A stretch of DNA of 64,000 bases from Raja brachyura (lineage: Eukaryota). The notes under the pieces were generated by a model. The model made no database searches. It was not told the DNA's origin and saw nothing but the letters and a program-made list of their open reading frames with translations. The stretch spans positions 18,352,001 through 18,416,000 of the forward strand of contig OY740811.1 of assembly GCA_963514005.1 (NCBI GenBank), written 5' to 3'. Of the stretch, positions 38,214 to 50,659 are shown in pieces. How positions within the stretch are numbered: the first letter of the stretch is position 1; each line of letters begins with the position of its first letter. Position numbers and translations under genes: made by a program.

Positions 38214-39029
38214 GTATTTTTCCAAAATAGATTTTTAAGTGTACACCCATGCGTGCAGCTATTTAATTGTCATAGTTAAGTTTGTGATCTCCAGAAATGA
38301 GGAAATGGCTACTTCAAAAATATAAAGTCACTTCCCTGTGGGAAATTTGTAAATACTTGCAACGTAGTATGCTACTCTTCTGCAATATATTTGTATTGGT
38401 TATAAACTCATGATGACTCAGTACAGCATCTTCAGATACTGTGGGAATTTATCCAGTCCTGACCGAGTCTGGGAGAAATGTTTGATGTTAATCAGATCCA
38501 TTAAAAAGTATGGCACTAGAACCTTTACCTATTTCAGTCATATTATAATCTCTCTTCAGAAGTGGAAGATAATAAATTTGAAATGTATAGCATTGTGTTT
38601 GAGCATTCCAGAAAGTAATAAGCATGAAAGTCTACCTTCGATTTTCCAGCATCTGCAGTTCCTTCTTAAGCATGAAGTACTAAACATGGCAAGCCTAATG
38701 TTGACACCAAAAGTCAGCTTTGCCAAACCTGGATCCAACAGGAGCACTTGTTGAGCAGTAAGCAGGTGAAGATGATTGGTACTAGAATGGTCCTACAAGA
38801 TGCTTGGAAGGTCTTAATGCTTAGAAGTTCAGAAATGCAGTGTGGTCAGAAGGAGAAGATGTTAACCTGGCACATAGGAATCTCATGATTTTTTTGTGGG
38901 TAGCACATGTCTGCTGGCTTACAAATTAAGGCCATGACATTTCTAATGCAGAGATCTCATTAAAATTGCAGCGAAACTTCAGTGACCTCATCAGTGACTG
39001 AAGCACGTACTTGAAAAATGACCTTTTGC

Positions 39030-39345
39030 AAAGCAAAATACCTAGAATAACTCAGCAGGTCATGCAGCATCTCAAGAGGACATAGAGAGATGACATTTTG
39101 GTTGGATTTTCTTCGTCAGACCAACCCGAAATGTTGTAGGAAGGAACTGCAGATGATGGTTTACAGCAAAGATAGACACAAAATGCTGGAGGAGCGGGAC
39201 AGGCAGCACCTCTGGATAGAAAGACGCAGGGATGCTGCCTATCTCGCGGTCTAACCTGAAATGTTGCCTATCCAGCTGCCTGATTCGGTGAGTTACCCAA
39301 GCATTTTGTGTTTTGCTTACGATTCCAGCATCTGCAGTTCCTTGT
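39030..39345. repeat. Nested foldback Penelope-terminal elements
   Basis: An inner element (39137-39252) lies between AACCCGAAATGTTG (39123) and AACCTGAAATGTTG (39253) inside an outer foldback. Confidence 0.7.
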
Positions 39346-40011
39346 TTTTCTGTGCTATCATTTCCACTGAATGAGTAGAATTAAAGTCTATCCATACAAT
39401 TGAAGTGCATCAAAATATTGATTCAAAGTATCTTTCACTTTTGATAGAAAACAAATAATATGACCAACCTTCCTTCTTCATAGAATCCTTGTTCCCACAG
39501 TTGCTGAGTCAATGTAATCAACTATATTCCATGGCTGCAACTGATATCACAAATTCTCACAATTTAAATTTTGGAGCTGACAATAACCAATATCATATGT
39601 GCTTGTATAAATCAGTCCAGACCCAGATGAGCAAAACCCAGGTTCATCAGTTCATTAGTGATAGGAGCAGAACTGGGCCATTCGGCTCATCCAGTCTACT
39701 CCGCCATTCAACCATGGCAGATCTATCTTTCCGTCTTAAGCCCATTCTCCTGCCTTCTCCCCATAACCCCCGACACCCTTGAAAATGTTTTGGATTACAT
39801 AGATAAGGAAAAACTTTTTCGCCAACATTATACATTACAATCTTAGGTAACTGTTTATAAACAAGTTCTAAAACCAATGTAAAGTCCTGCCTCTGATCAG
39901 TATTGTTCAGTATTGGTACAACTCCAGTATTATTGCATCTGAAATCTGGCATTTTTCACATAGCTCGGCTAATAGCTTCCCAATGCTGTGATAAATGTAA
40001 TTTAAAAAAAA

Positions 40012-40700
40012 AAACCTGCAGGTGTTAGATAATTGTTGATTAGGCAGCAACTGTGGAAGGAGAAACAGAGTTAACATGTCGGGTGAAAGATTCTGGGAAA
40101 GAGATAAAACAAAATAGTTTTAACTTGTAGAGAAGGTATGATAAGGATAGACATATCATGGGGAATATCTGTGATTGTGTAAGGCCTGGGTTGCTTCATG
40201 GATATGTTTTAGAGGTTGCAAGAGAAGTGGGTTAATGGAGGCAGTTCGTTCGCTAGTGTGTCAGACGACATATAGCTCGCTGTTGGCCTCTGTCGTCATC
40301 CAACATGTTGACAGAATTGGTCGCCTGACACGTCACGGAGTGCATCGTGTCGTCGTTTCCGGGGATCGCCACCAGGAGGCTTCTGTCATGATCCCCATGA
40401 GGGCAGTAAGAAGGTGATAGAGTGAACAAAAAAAATCACATATTGCAAAGAGCAGATCTGTGGGACATGCCCAGCACTTCAATCTGCATCAATATAAAGA
40501 AAAACTTAGCCAGTCTCCTAGATGGTGGACTTAGAACTGAAATTGGCAGTTTGGGTACAGTTGAGTTACCTGAAGCTAGAAAATTTGATGCTGACTCTGA
40601 ATGGCTACAGCAGAACCAGATGGAAGATAGTATTTTTCCTCAAGCTCGAATTGGGCCTCGTATAACAGTGCAGAAGTTCCCAGACAGATCAGAGTGAAAG
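40012..40700 (-). mobile_element. Degraded Penelope-like 3' end with an internal CpG-rich insertion
   Basis: Minus strand at about 40660-40565 resembles EAQ..LEE...IFHL....P....IKFSSFR*; diverged terminal repeat at 40012-40095. Confidence 0.5.
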
Positions 40701-40962
40701 AGGGCTGGATAATTAACAGAATATTGTTGCAGGAAAACTTTGTAACTTAAATAGTTTGTTTTGAAACTTAGCTTGTTGGTTCACCTGCACCTCATTTTAG
40801 ATTGTTCATCATGGGTTATACTGTTTAAGTAAGCATTTAAGCTACACACATAACCTGACTTTCATATACTCTTGTATTTAGTGTATTTGTGTTGTGTAAC
40901 TTGAGAGGAACTCTTTATCTTTGTATCCTTGTATCCACATTTAATGTTGTAATTTGTTCAAG

Positions 40963-41037
40963 GAGATGATGAAATGACGGGAGAGAAAGAAGAAGGTGAA
41001 GACTTGAATTTCAATGAAGACCTTGTCTGTCCACATG
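40963..41037 (+). CDS. USP48: USP48 exon (75 nt; 72 nt if the GAG acceptor is used)
   Basis: tcaag|GA...G|gtaggt; GDDEMTGEKEEGEDLNFNEDLVCPH. Confidence 0.92.
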
Positions 41038-41079
41038 GTAGGTAGAATGTGTTAAATGAAGTGAAATTCTTGTAATTCT

Positions 41080-41645
41080 TTTGAATTTAGGAGCAAGGGA
41101 GTTCTACAGCAGTTGTACAGGGCCCTGGTGAGACCGCACCTGGATATTGTGTGCAATTTTTTTTGTCTCCTAATTTGAGGAAGGACATTATTGCTATTGA
41201 GGGAGTGTAGCGTGGGTTCACCAGGCTGATCCACGGGATGGCGGGACTGACGCATGATAAAAAAATGGGTCGACTGGGCTTGTAATCGCTGGAATTTAGA
41301 AGGATGAGAGGTGAACTTATAGAAACGTATAAGATTCTTAGAGGATTGGATAAGATAGATGCAGGAAAAAGGTTCCCGATGTTGTGGGAGTCCAGAACCT
41401 GGGATCACAGTTTAAGAATAAGGGGTAGGCCACTTTGGACTGAGATGAGGAAAACCTTTTTCACCCAGAGAGTTGTGAATCTGTGGAATTCTCTGCCACA
41501 GAAGGCTGTGGAGGGTAATTCACTGGATGTTTTCAAGAGAGAGTTAGATTCAGCTCTTAGAGATATGGGGAAAATGCCAGAACAGGGTACTGATTTTGGA
41601 CGATCAGCCATGATCATATTGAATGGCAGTGCTGGCTCAAAGGGT
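41080..41645 (+). mobile_element. CR1 LINE 3' fragment, followed by a V-SINE head (41666-41803, -)
   Basis: RGELIETYKILRGLDKIDAG...FFTQRVVNLWNSLP; 3' UTR GATCAGCCATGATCATATTGAATGG. Confidence 0.9.
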
Positions 41646-41960
41646 ACCTTTTTCTTTGTTTTTAAACCGGAGCACCTGGAGGAAACCCACACAGTCACAG
41701 GAAGAATGTGTAAACTCCAAACACACAGCACCTGTAGTCAGATACAAACCCGGCTTTCTGGCGCTGTCAGGCAGCGACTATAACTCTGTGCCACTGTGCC
41801 GCCCTTTAATCTTCATGCACATTAATATGTGTACATTAAAAACAGCAGATAACCAGGGAGTAGATAGGATCAGATAGGTAAAAGAAAGAATTTATGCTAG
41901 AATCAGAGGATGTACGTGAGGTACTTTGCAACGGTATTCAGCAAGGAGAAGGATAATATT

Positions 41961-42052
41961 CTGAAGAAAGGTCTTGACCCGAAACGTTGCCTATTTCCTT
42001 CACTTCATAGATGCTGCTTCACCCGCTGAGTTTCTCCAGCATTTTTGTCTAC
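41961..42052 (+). repeat. Penelope terminal repeat with a hammerhead-like core, inside an old + strand CR1 (about 41880-42400)
   Basis: CTGAAGAAAGGTCTTGACCCGAAACGTTGCCTAT...CCCGCTGAGTTTCTCCAGCATTTTTGTCTA. Confidence 0.75.
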
Positions 42053-42474
42053 CTATGGATAATAGTGAGATCAGTGTGGTGTATACTAATATGCTGGGGC
42101 AATTTCAGATCAAAATGGCATCTCGTTGCAGGTGAAGACAATTAAGGCTGATAAATTCTCTGGGCCTGGGGGATCTATCCAAGATTATTAAAAAAGGCCA
42201 CAGAAGAGAATGCAAGGGCCTTTTTGAAGATAACTGTATCCTCCAGTCATAGGCGAGGTTCCAGAAGACTGAAAACCTCAGTAACCTCAAAAAGACAGTA
42301 ACCAATATTGTTCCTTTATTTTGGAAAGGATGCAAACATAATCCTGGAAACGATAGGATGGTGATCTATTGGAGAGAATGGAAAGGCCAGAGTGGGTATT
42401 TATACAAATCCTTAAAGACGGCTAGGAAGGCTGATACAGTGATTGTAACACACTTGAGATCATTTTGTTTGCAG

Positions 42475-45400
42475 CATAGAAAATAGGTGCAGGAGGAGGC
42501 CATCCAGCCTTTCGAGCCAGCACCGCCATTCATTGTGATCATGGCTGATCGTCCCCTATCAATGACCTGAGCATGCCTTCTCCCCATATCCCTTGACTCC
42601 ACTAGCCCCTAGAGCTCTATCTAACTCTCTCTTAAATCCATCCAGTGACTTGGCCTCCACTGCCCTCTGTGGCAGGGAATTCCATAAATTCACAACTCTC
42701 TGGGTGAAAAAGTTTTTCTCACCTCAGTCTTAAATGATCTCCCCTTTATTCTGTGGCCCCTGGTTCTGGACTCGCCCAACATTGGGAACATTTTTCCTGC
42801 ATTTAGCTTGTTCAGTGCTTTTATAATTTTATGTTTCTATAAGAGAACCCCTCATCCTTCTAAACTCCAGTGAATACAAGCCTAGTCTTTTCAATCTTTC
42901 CTCATATGACAGTTCAACCATCCCAGGGATCAATCTCGTGAACCTACGCTGCACTGCTTCAATCACAAGGATGTCCTTCCTCAAATTAGGAGACCAAAAC
43001 TGTACACAATATTCCAGATGTGGTCTCACCAGATCCCTATACAACTGCAGAAGAACCTCTTTACTCCTATACTGAAATCCTCTTGTTATGAAGGCCAACA
43101 TTCCATTAGCTTTCTTCACTGTCTGCTGTACCTGTAAGCCAACTTTCAGTGACCGGTGTACAAGGACGCCCAGGTCTCGCTGCACCTCCCCCTTACCTAA
43201 CCCAACCCCATTGAGATAATAATCTGCCCCCTTGTTTTTGTCACCAAAGTGGATAACCTCACATTTATCTATATTATACTGCATCTGCCACGCATCTGCC
43301 CACTCACTCGACCTGTCCAGGTCACCATGCAACCTCCTAACATCCTCTTCACAGTGCTCACTGCCACCCAGCTTTGTGTCATCCGCAAACTTACCAGTGT
43401 TGCTCTTAATTCCCTCTTCCAAATCATTAATATATATGGTAAACAGTTGCGGCCCCAACACCGAGCATTGCGGCACTCCACTCGCCACTGCCTGCCATTC
43501 TGAAAAGGACCCGTTCACTCCTACTCTTTGCTTCTGGTCTGCCAACCAATTTTCTATCCATGTCATCACCCTACCCCCAATACCATGTGTTCTAATTTTA
43601 GTCACCAGTCTCCCATGCGGGACCTTATCAAAGGCTTTCTGAAAGTCTAGATACAGTACATCCACTGGCACCCCTTCATCCATTTTACTTGTCACATCCT
43701 CAAAAAATTCCAGAAGATTAATCAAGCATGATTTACCTTTCATAAATCCATGTTGACTTGGACTAATCCTTTTACTGCTATCCAAATGCCCCATTATTAC
43801 CTCTTTAATAATTGACTCCAGCATCTTTCCCACCACCGAAGTCAGGCTAACTGGTCTGTAATTCCCAGTGTTCTCCCTCGCTCCTTTCTTGAAAAGTGGA
43901 ATAACATTAGCTATCCACCAATCCACAGGAACTGATCCTGAATCTATTGAACATTGGAAAATGATCACCAATGCGTCACTATTTCTAGAGCCACCTCCCT
44001 GAGGACCCTGGGATGCAGACCATCAGGCACAGGGGATTTATCATCCTTCAGTCCCATTAGCCTACCCAATACTATTTCTCGCCTAATGAAAATTTCTTTC
44101 AGTTCCTCTGCCCCCTTAGATCCTCTGTCCGCCAGTACATCTGGCAGATTGTTTGTGTCCTCCTTAGTGAAGACTGATCCAAAGTACCTATTCAACTCTT
44201 CTGCCATTTCCTTGTTGCACATAGTAATTTCACCCGCGTCTGCCTTCAAGGGACCCACATTTGACTTTGCTACTCTTTTTCCGTTAACATATCTAAAGAA
44301 GCTTTTACTGTCCTTCTTTATATTCTTGGCCAGCTTCCCTTCGTACATCATCTTTTCAGCCCGCATTGCCAGTTTTGTTTCCTTCTGTTGTCCTATGAAA
44401 GTTTCCCAATCCTCTGGCTTCCGGCTACTCTTTGCTGTGTTATACATCTTTTCTTTTAATTTTATTCTATCCCTAACTTCTCTTGTCAGCCACGGTTGCC
44501 TCCTACTCCCCTTAGAATCTTTCTTCCTTTTTGGAATGAAATGATCCTGCGTCTTGCGGATTATGCCCAGAAATTCCTGCCATTGCTGTTCCACCGTCAT
44601 TCCTGCTAGGATCCCTTTCCAGTCTATATTGGCCAGCTCTCCTCTCAGGCCTTCGTAGTCCCCTTTGTTCAATTGCATCACTGCCACTTCCGATTTAACG
44701 TTCTCCTTCTCATATTGCAGATTAAATCTAATCATATTATGATCACTACCTCCGAACGGTTCCTTGACCTCGAGTTCTCTTATCATATCTGGTTCATTGG
44801 ACAACACTAAATCCAGAATTGCCTTTTCTCTGGTCGGCTCCATTACAAGCTGCTCTAAGAATCCATCTCGGAGGCATTTTACAAACTCTCTTTCTTGGGG
44901 TCCTGAGCCAACCTGATTTTCCCAGTCTACCTGCATATTGAAATCCCCCATCACCACAGTGGCATTACCTTTGTTACATGCAAGTTTTAACTCCTGCTGC
45001 AACTTGCACCCTACATCCGGGCTACTATTTGGGGGTCTGTAGATAACACCAATTAGTGTCTTCTTGCCTTTAGAATCCCTCAACTCAATCCACAGTGACT
45101 CTACCTCGTCAGTTCCTAGGTCTTCCCTCGCAAGGGATTGAATTTCATCCCTCACCAGCAGAGCTACCCCCCCCACCCTGCCCACCTGCCTGTCCTTTCT
45201 ATATGATGTATAACCCTGAATATTAAGTTTCCAGGCCCGTTCCTCCTGCAGCCATGTCTCAGTAATCCCCACAATGTCATATCTACCAACCTCTAACTGA
45301 GCCTCAAGCTCATCTACTTATACTTCACGCATTCATATACAATACTTTTAATTCTTTAAGCATCTCACCTTTCACATCGATCCCTATTACACTTGGCCAT

Positions 45401-46290
45401 ACTCTCCTATCCCTTTGTGATCTTCCTTTCCCGTTAATTCTGGGGTCATTAACCATTCCTTTACTCTCTTTCCCTTTAACTCCGTCCTTGACTATCCCAT
45501 TTGACACCCCACCCCCCTTATTCAGTTTAAAACCACCTGTGTAGCAGTGGCAAACCTGCCTTCCAGAATGCTGGTCCCCCACCTGTTAAGATGCAATCCG
45601 TCCCTTTTGTACAGTTCCCCCTTACTCCAAAACAGATCCTAGTGATCTAAGAAACTAAATCCCTGCCCCCTGCACCAGTTCCTCAGCCACACATTCAGGT
45701 CCTGTATCTCCCTGTTCCTGCTCTCACCAGCACGAGGAACTGGAAGCAAACCGGAGATAACAACCCTGAAGGTCCTGCTTTTCAGCATTTTTTCGAGCTC
45801 TCTAAAGTTACGGTGCAGAATATTCATCCCCTTCTTTCCGACGTCGTTTGTGCTGACATGCACTACCACTTCCGGCTGTTCACCTTCGCCCTTGAGGATT
45901 TTCTGCACTCTGTCCGTGACATCCTCGAATCCCGTCTGTTGCCGCAGAAACTCCTGTCCGTACCTCTCACAATGGAGTCTCCAACTACAATGGCGTTGGC
46001 CTCTTTGGTTTTGGCTCAACACCCCTTTTTGCTTTGCAAGCCAGTCCGCCGCTCAGTGTGATAACTTCTTCTGTCCCGACAGCTTCTAAGTTGGTGAACC
46101 TGGTCACAAGAGGTACAACACGCAGGGACGTTTGCATTCCATGTTTCCCTCCCTTTCTCACCGTCACCCACTGTTTCTCTTCCAGTACCTTAGGTGTAAC
46201 AATCTTACTGTAGGACTTGTCGAGGAACGACTGAGTTTCTCGGACGAACCTGAGGTCATCCACTTGCTTCTCCAGTTCCCCAATCCTGCA
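42475..46290 (-). mobile_element. Near-full-length CR1 LINE: ORF1 (coiled coil + SGNH/GDSL esterase) and ORF2 (APE + RT), with a few frameshifts
   Basis: ORF1: AIVVGDSIVRG, VVVHVSTND, DGLHL. ORF2: ITETWL, VMGDFN, ILDLV, SDHN, NYRPVSLTS, YLDFQKAFDKV, FADD, PHLEYCVQFW. 3' UTR ends CCTGCACCTATTTTCTATG. Confidence 0.96.
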
Positions 46291-47822
46291 GTGCAGGATA
46301 TGAAATAAAAGCAATAGCAAATGGTAAACCAGCCAATAGATAGAAAGTGGGGAACTTTATCAGAATATTACTGTGGCCTAAGAACTTCAGTTTGAAGTAC
46401 TTGGGGGGGAAAAAAATTAGGGCAGTTCTCCTTGGAGCAGAGAAGGTTAAAGGGTATGTTTTCTAGATAGAGAGGTTTTGGTATGGTAGAAAAGGTAAAG
46501 TTGCTCTTTCGTAGATTTAAAAACCATTAGTAAATGATCCAGCTAAGTGTTGATATTTTACACAGCTAATGGAAGCTGATAATAATGTAGGATTATGAAA
46601 TGGATGGCAACAAGTGGTTGATAATGGGTTAGGGATAATAAGGAATGGTGTGAGGAGAGGCATTTATAGAGACTACTTTATAGGGACAACGTGGATGCGA
46701 TTTGATGAATGATCACTATCTGTGTTTTGAAAGAATTGAGTAACAAAGGAGGCGGCCATTCGGCCAGAGTAGTTTCCATTTTTCGTTATTGGGGGTCACA
46801 TTGGAGCAAGTTTCTTGTTGTAGTGTTCAATTTTTAGTTCAAAAAGTGATTCCAGGTTAAAGTGGATATATAATTGTTTAGAATCGACCATTATTACTTT
46901 AGTGAATAAGAATCTGTTGAAACTAGTGAAACACCAAGTCGTTTTCTGACATGTCATTCCCAAAAATTGATTTCATCCACTAAAAGAGGTGGCTGAAGTG
47001 CTGATATGCTGCTATTAATTTTTAAATGTCAATGGTTAGTTTGTGTCAATAAAACTTGGTGATGAAGTGTGATGAGTGACTTGGCAATGGTAATGTCATT
47101 CGGTGTCAATGGGGGATGGTTAGAAGCTCTCTACTTAAAGATCATTGTTTTATACTCGTGTGACAGAATATTACAAGCCATTTATAAGTACGAGCCGGAT
47201 TGTTATCCGTATCATAGATGCAGGTTCAGACTGCTCCATGTCTGAAGAGTTGAGAGCGAAATGGAATTGTCCGCATATATCCTAGTTTCTCATCTTGCGG
47301 ACAATGTTGAAACAGCAGAAGAAGCATATGTCTATGTAATCCATCGAAGAACCCCTACAGCTGTGTCCTCGGGTAGAAGTGACTGGGCTACGAGCATATG
47401 AGTACGATTCTAGGTGTGGCACCACAGAGCAAAGTATTTATCTTGATTCCCTCTGACCATTTCACCAGCGTCTTAGTATCTCACACTATCAAAGAGTTTA
47501 TTTTATGAGGAAGTAACTTTCACTCCAGCTTGTTTAGACCAAATCCTGGGAGGAATCTGGAGTTTATTGTCCCATGGTGACATCCATTCTATTTTCATGC
47601 ACCCATCGGGTAGCTGCTTTGGTCTGTTTTTAATCAGATGAAGATAGTAGTTGCAGGCATGTCACGCAGTCATATCTATAATGCTTCTAATGTGATTAGG
47701 GAAACGGTGAAGAATTTCCATGTTGCACTTTGGGATATCTGAATGATCGGTGAAACATTTGTGTTTGCTATTTAACAGAATGAACAGAACGATTTAATAA
47801 TTTACACATTTTTTTTCAACAG

Positions 47823-47947
47823 GTGACTTATGTATATCTGAAACGGAAAGAAGACTTGTTTCTGATGAAACGTGGCATAGACTAAAGGCGTATTTCCCCA
47901 AATCACCCGTGTTCATACATTATCATTCACCATGTGTCCAGTGTCAG
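47823..47947 (+). CDS. USP48: USP48 exon (125 nt)
   Basis: aacag|GT...CAG|gtaaca; GDLCISETERRLVSDETWHRLKAYFPKSPVFIHYHSPCVQCQ. Confidence 0.96.
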
Positions 47948-48016
47948 GTAACAGCAGTATTTTTTTTTAAACTTCACTCTAATTATAAGAAAATAATATT
48001 GTATAAGTATTTCTTT

Positions 48017-48548
48017 ACATAGAAACATAGGAAATAGGTACAGGAGTAAGCCATTCGGCTCTTCGAGCCAGTACCGCCATTCAATATGATCACAGCTGAT
48101 CATCCAAAATCAGCACCCCGTTCCTGCTTTCTCCCCATATCCCTTGAATACATCCAGGGAATTGACCCCCACTGCCTTCTGTGGCAGAGAATTCCACATA
48201 TTCACAACTCTCTGGGTGAAAATATTTTTCATCATCTCAGTCCTAAATGACCTACCCCTTATTAGAAAATAGGTGCAGGAGGAAGCAATTCGGCCCAGCA
48301 CAGTGCCCTCTGGTTCTGGACTCCCCCAACATCGGGAACATTTTTCCTGTGTCTTGCCTGTCCAATCCCATAAGAATTTTATATGTTTCTATAAGATCCC
48401 CCTCTCATCCTTCTAAATTCCAGTGAAAATAACCCCAGTCGATCCATTCTTTCATCATATGTTAGTCCTGCCATCCCAGGAATTAACCTGTTGAATCTAC
48501 GCTGCACTCCTCAATAGCAAGAATGTCCTTCCTCAAATTTGGAGACCA
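48017..48548 (-). mobile_element. CR1 3' fragment with a short second CR1 tail inserted at about 48264-48303
   Basis: (CATAGAAA)-type tail; collinear with 5961-6500 apart from the insertion and a deletion. Confidence 0.85.
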
Positions 48549-48689
48549 TCTTACTTGCACAGCGAGATGAATACTGGAGTAGAGCAAATTCATTCATGAT
48601 TTCAACAGCATTATTATAGAATTGAAAAATTGTCCTTAATTGAAGATGATAATGACTCACCCGAATAGCACGAAAATTGTCAGTTTGCC

Positions 48690-49720
48690 CAAATTCGTCC
48701 ATGCCACCAAGATGCCCCATCTAAGCTAGTCCCGTTTACCTGCATTTGCCCATATCCCTGTTAATCTTTGCTATCCATTCATATGTCCAAATGTCGTTTA
48801 AATGTTGTTATTGGATTTCTATCTGCCAACTTGTTTCATACACACATTATTCTCTGTGTGGAAAAAGATGCCTCTCGGGTTCCTATAGCTCCTCGCATTC
48901 AATAGACAATAGGTGCAGGAGTAGGCCATTTGGCCCTTAAGCCAGTACAGCCATTCAATGTGATCATGGCTGATCATCCCCAATCAGTACCCTGTTCCTG
49001 CCTTCTCCCCATATCCGCCTGACTCCGCTATTTTTAAGAGCCCTATCTAGCTCTCTTGAAAGCATCCAGAGAACCAGCCTCCACGGCCCTCTGCGGCAGA
49101 GAATTTCACAGACCTTTTCTTTTCCTTCTCCTTTCCCACATTCCTTTCCCTTCTCACCTTAAACCTGTTGCCTCGAGTTCTTTACTTCCTTAGCCCGGGG
49201 GAAAAACACTGCATTTGCCCTGTCTATTCACCTCAAGATTTTCTATAACTCCATAAGATTGCCCCTCGGCTTCCTGTGTTCCAAGTAATAAAGTCCTAGC
49301 CCGCCTGATCATTTCCTATAGCTCAGGCCCATGTGTCTTGGATCTTCATGCACTCTTTCCTGCTTAATGGCAATTTTCTTAAAGCAGGGGGACAAAAACT
49401 GAACACAATACTCCAAATGTTGCCTCACCATTGTCTTGTACAACAGTAACATAACACCCCAACTTCAATGCTCATTTCCTTGAATAATGAAGGCTAATGT
49501 GTCAAAAGCCGCCTTCACCATCATCTGCCTCAAAGCCACTTTCAGGGAACAATGTACTTGTACTCCAAAATCCCGCTGTTCTGCAACACTCCCCAGGGCT
49601 GAACACTGAAGGTTTTACCCTGGTTTGACTTCTCATAATGCAACACCTCGCCCTTATCTGAATTAAACTCCATTTGCCATTCCTCAGTCCACTTTCCCAG
49701 TTGATCAAGATCTCTCAGTA
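48690..49720 (-). mobile_element. Old CR1 fragment interrupted by a younger CR1 tail (about 48902-49112)
   Basis: CAAAACTGAACACAATACTCCAAATGTTGCCTCACCA block; nested AATAGGTGCAGGAGTAGGCCAT tail. Confidence 0.75.
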
Positions 49721-50362
49721 AACTATATTAGTCTCCATGCAGTAAGAAGAACATTCTGATGGCACAGATTTAATGAACCTTGTTCTGGGTATCCCACCTA
49801 CATAGAATAGTATTTACTTTGTAAATATGATTGTAACATCTTTGTAACATGATCTTTTGTTTAGGATAATGCAAGTTCATCCACCCTCAGTTTAGAATAT
49901 CTCAAAATTAAATTTTAGTCTGTGTCATGTGTTCCTGTCTCTTTTGCCAGTAAAAGCTACTTTCTTTAGACTTTAAAGCCAAATGCCTCATAATTTTGAA
50001 TACCCCTAATAAATCTTTTCTGAATCTTATTTGCAAAATGGAAAATGAATGCATATTCTCCAATCTCTCTATGTAATTAAAAATCCTCGTCCCTAATGTC
50101 CGACACATGTTCTCTGCCCTTTCTCTCAGGCATGGATATCCTTCATTGAGTATATTGAGGCCTAACCAGTAATTTATGAAGGTCTGTCAGCTCTGCTTTG
50201 AAAACTCTAAACCTCCACTCACCCACCCAGTTCCGAGGAAGGATTGTTGGCCTAAATGTTGATTAGGGTTGTAGTTAGTTAACCGGCTGGATTCTTCTTG
50301 CATTTCTGTTTTTGTTTACAAAAGCCCAGTCTAACAGCAAACTTTTCGTGTTTTTGGAAAAG

Positions 50363-50485
50363 GTGTTAGAAAAGGAAGGTGAGGAGAACGAGACGCTGAG
50401 CAAAATGATGGCAAATGAGCAGAAATCAGCACTTCTGTGTCTTTTTCAAGATAAAAATAGACCTCTCCTCATCAAGTGGCCTGAG
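50363..50485 (+). CDS. USP48: USP48 exon (123 nt)
   Basis: aaaag|GTG...GAG|gtgaga; [41 protein letters not shown]. Confidence 0.94.
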
Positions 50486-50659
50486 GTGAGATTATTTCTT
50501 GTCCTGCTTTTGCTGCATCTGGCATGTGAAATATTGGTGTACATCTTAATTATAGTTGTCCAATTGCCTATCAGTAATAGAAAAGTTAAATTGACTCATT
50601 TTTGCCTTCTAGTAGAAGGATTGAACTTGGTTTCTTGGTTTATAATTTTTGTTGTTTAT

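Noticed and set aside
42829-45272. 380-aa and 435-aa ORFs as an antisense gene or a novel RT system
   Set aside because: They are two frameshifted halves of an ordinary CR1 ORF2.
47233-47265. CTGAAGAG-ttgagag-CGAAA as an independent hammerhead
   Set aside because: Stem II is weak, stem I has no room to form, and the position-17 base would be G; probably chance.
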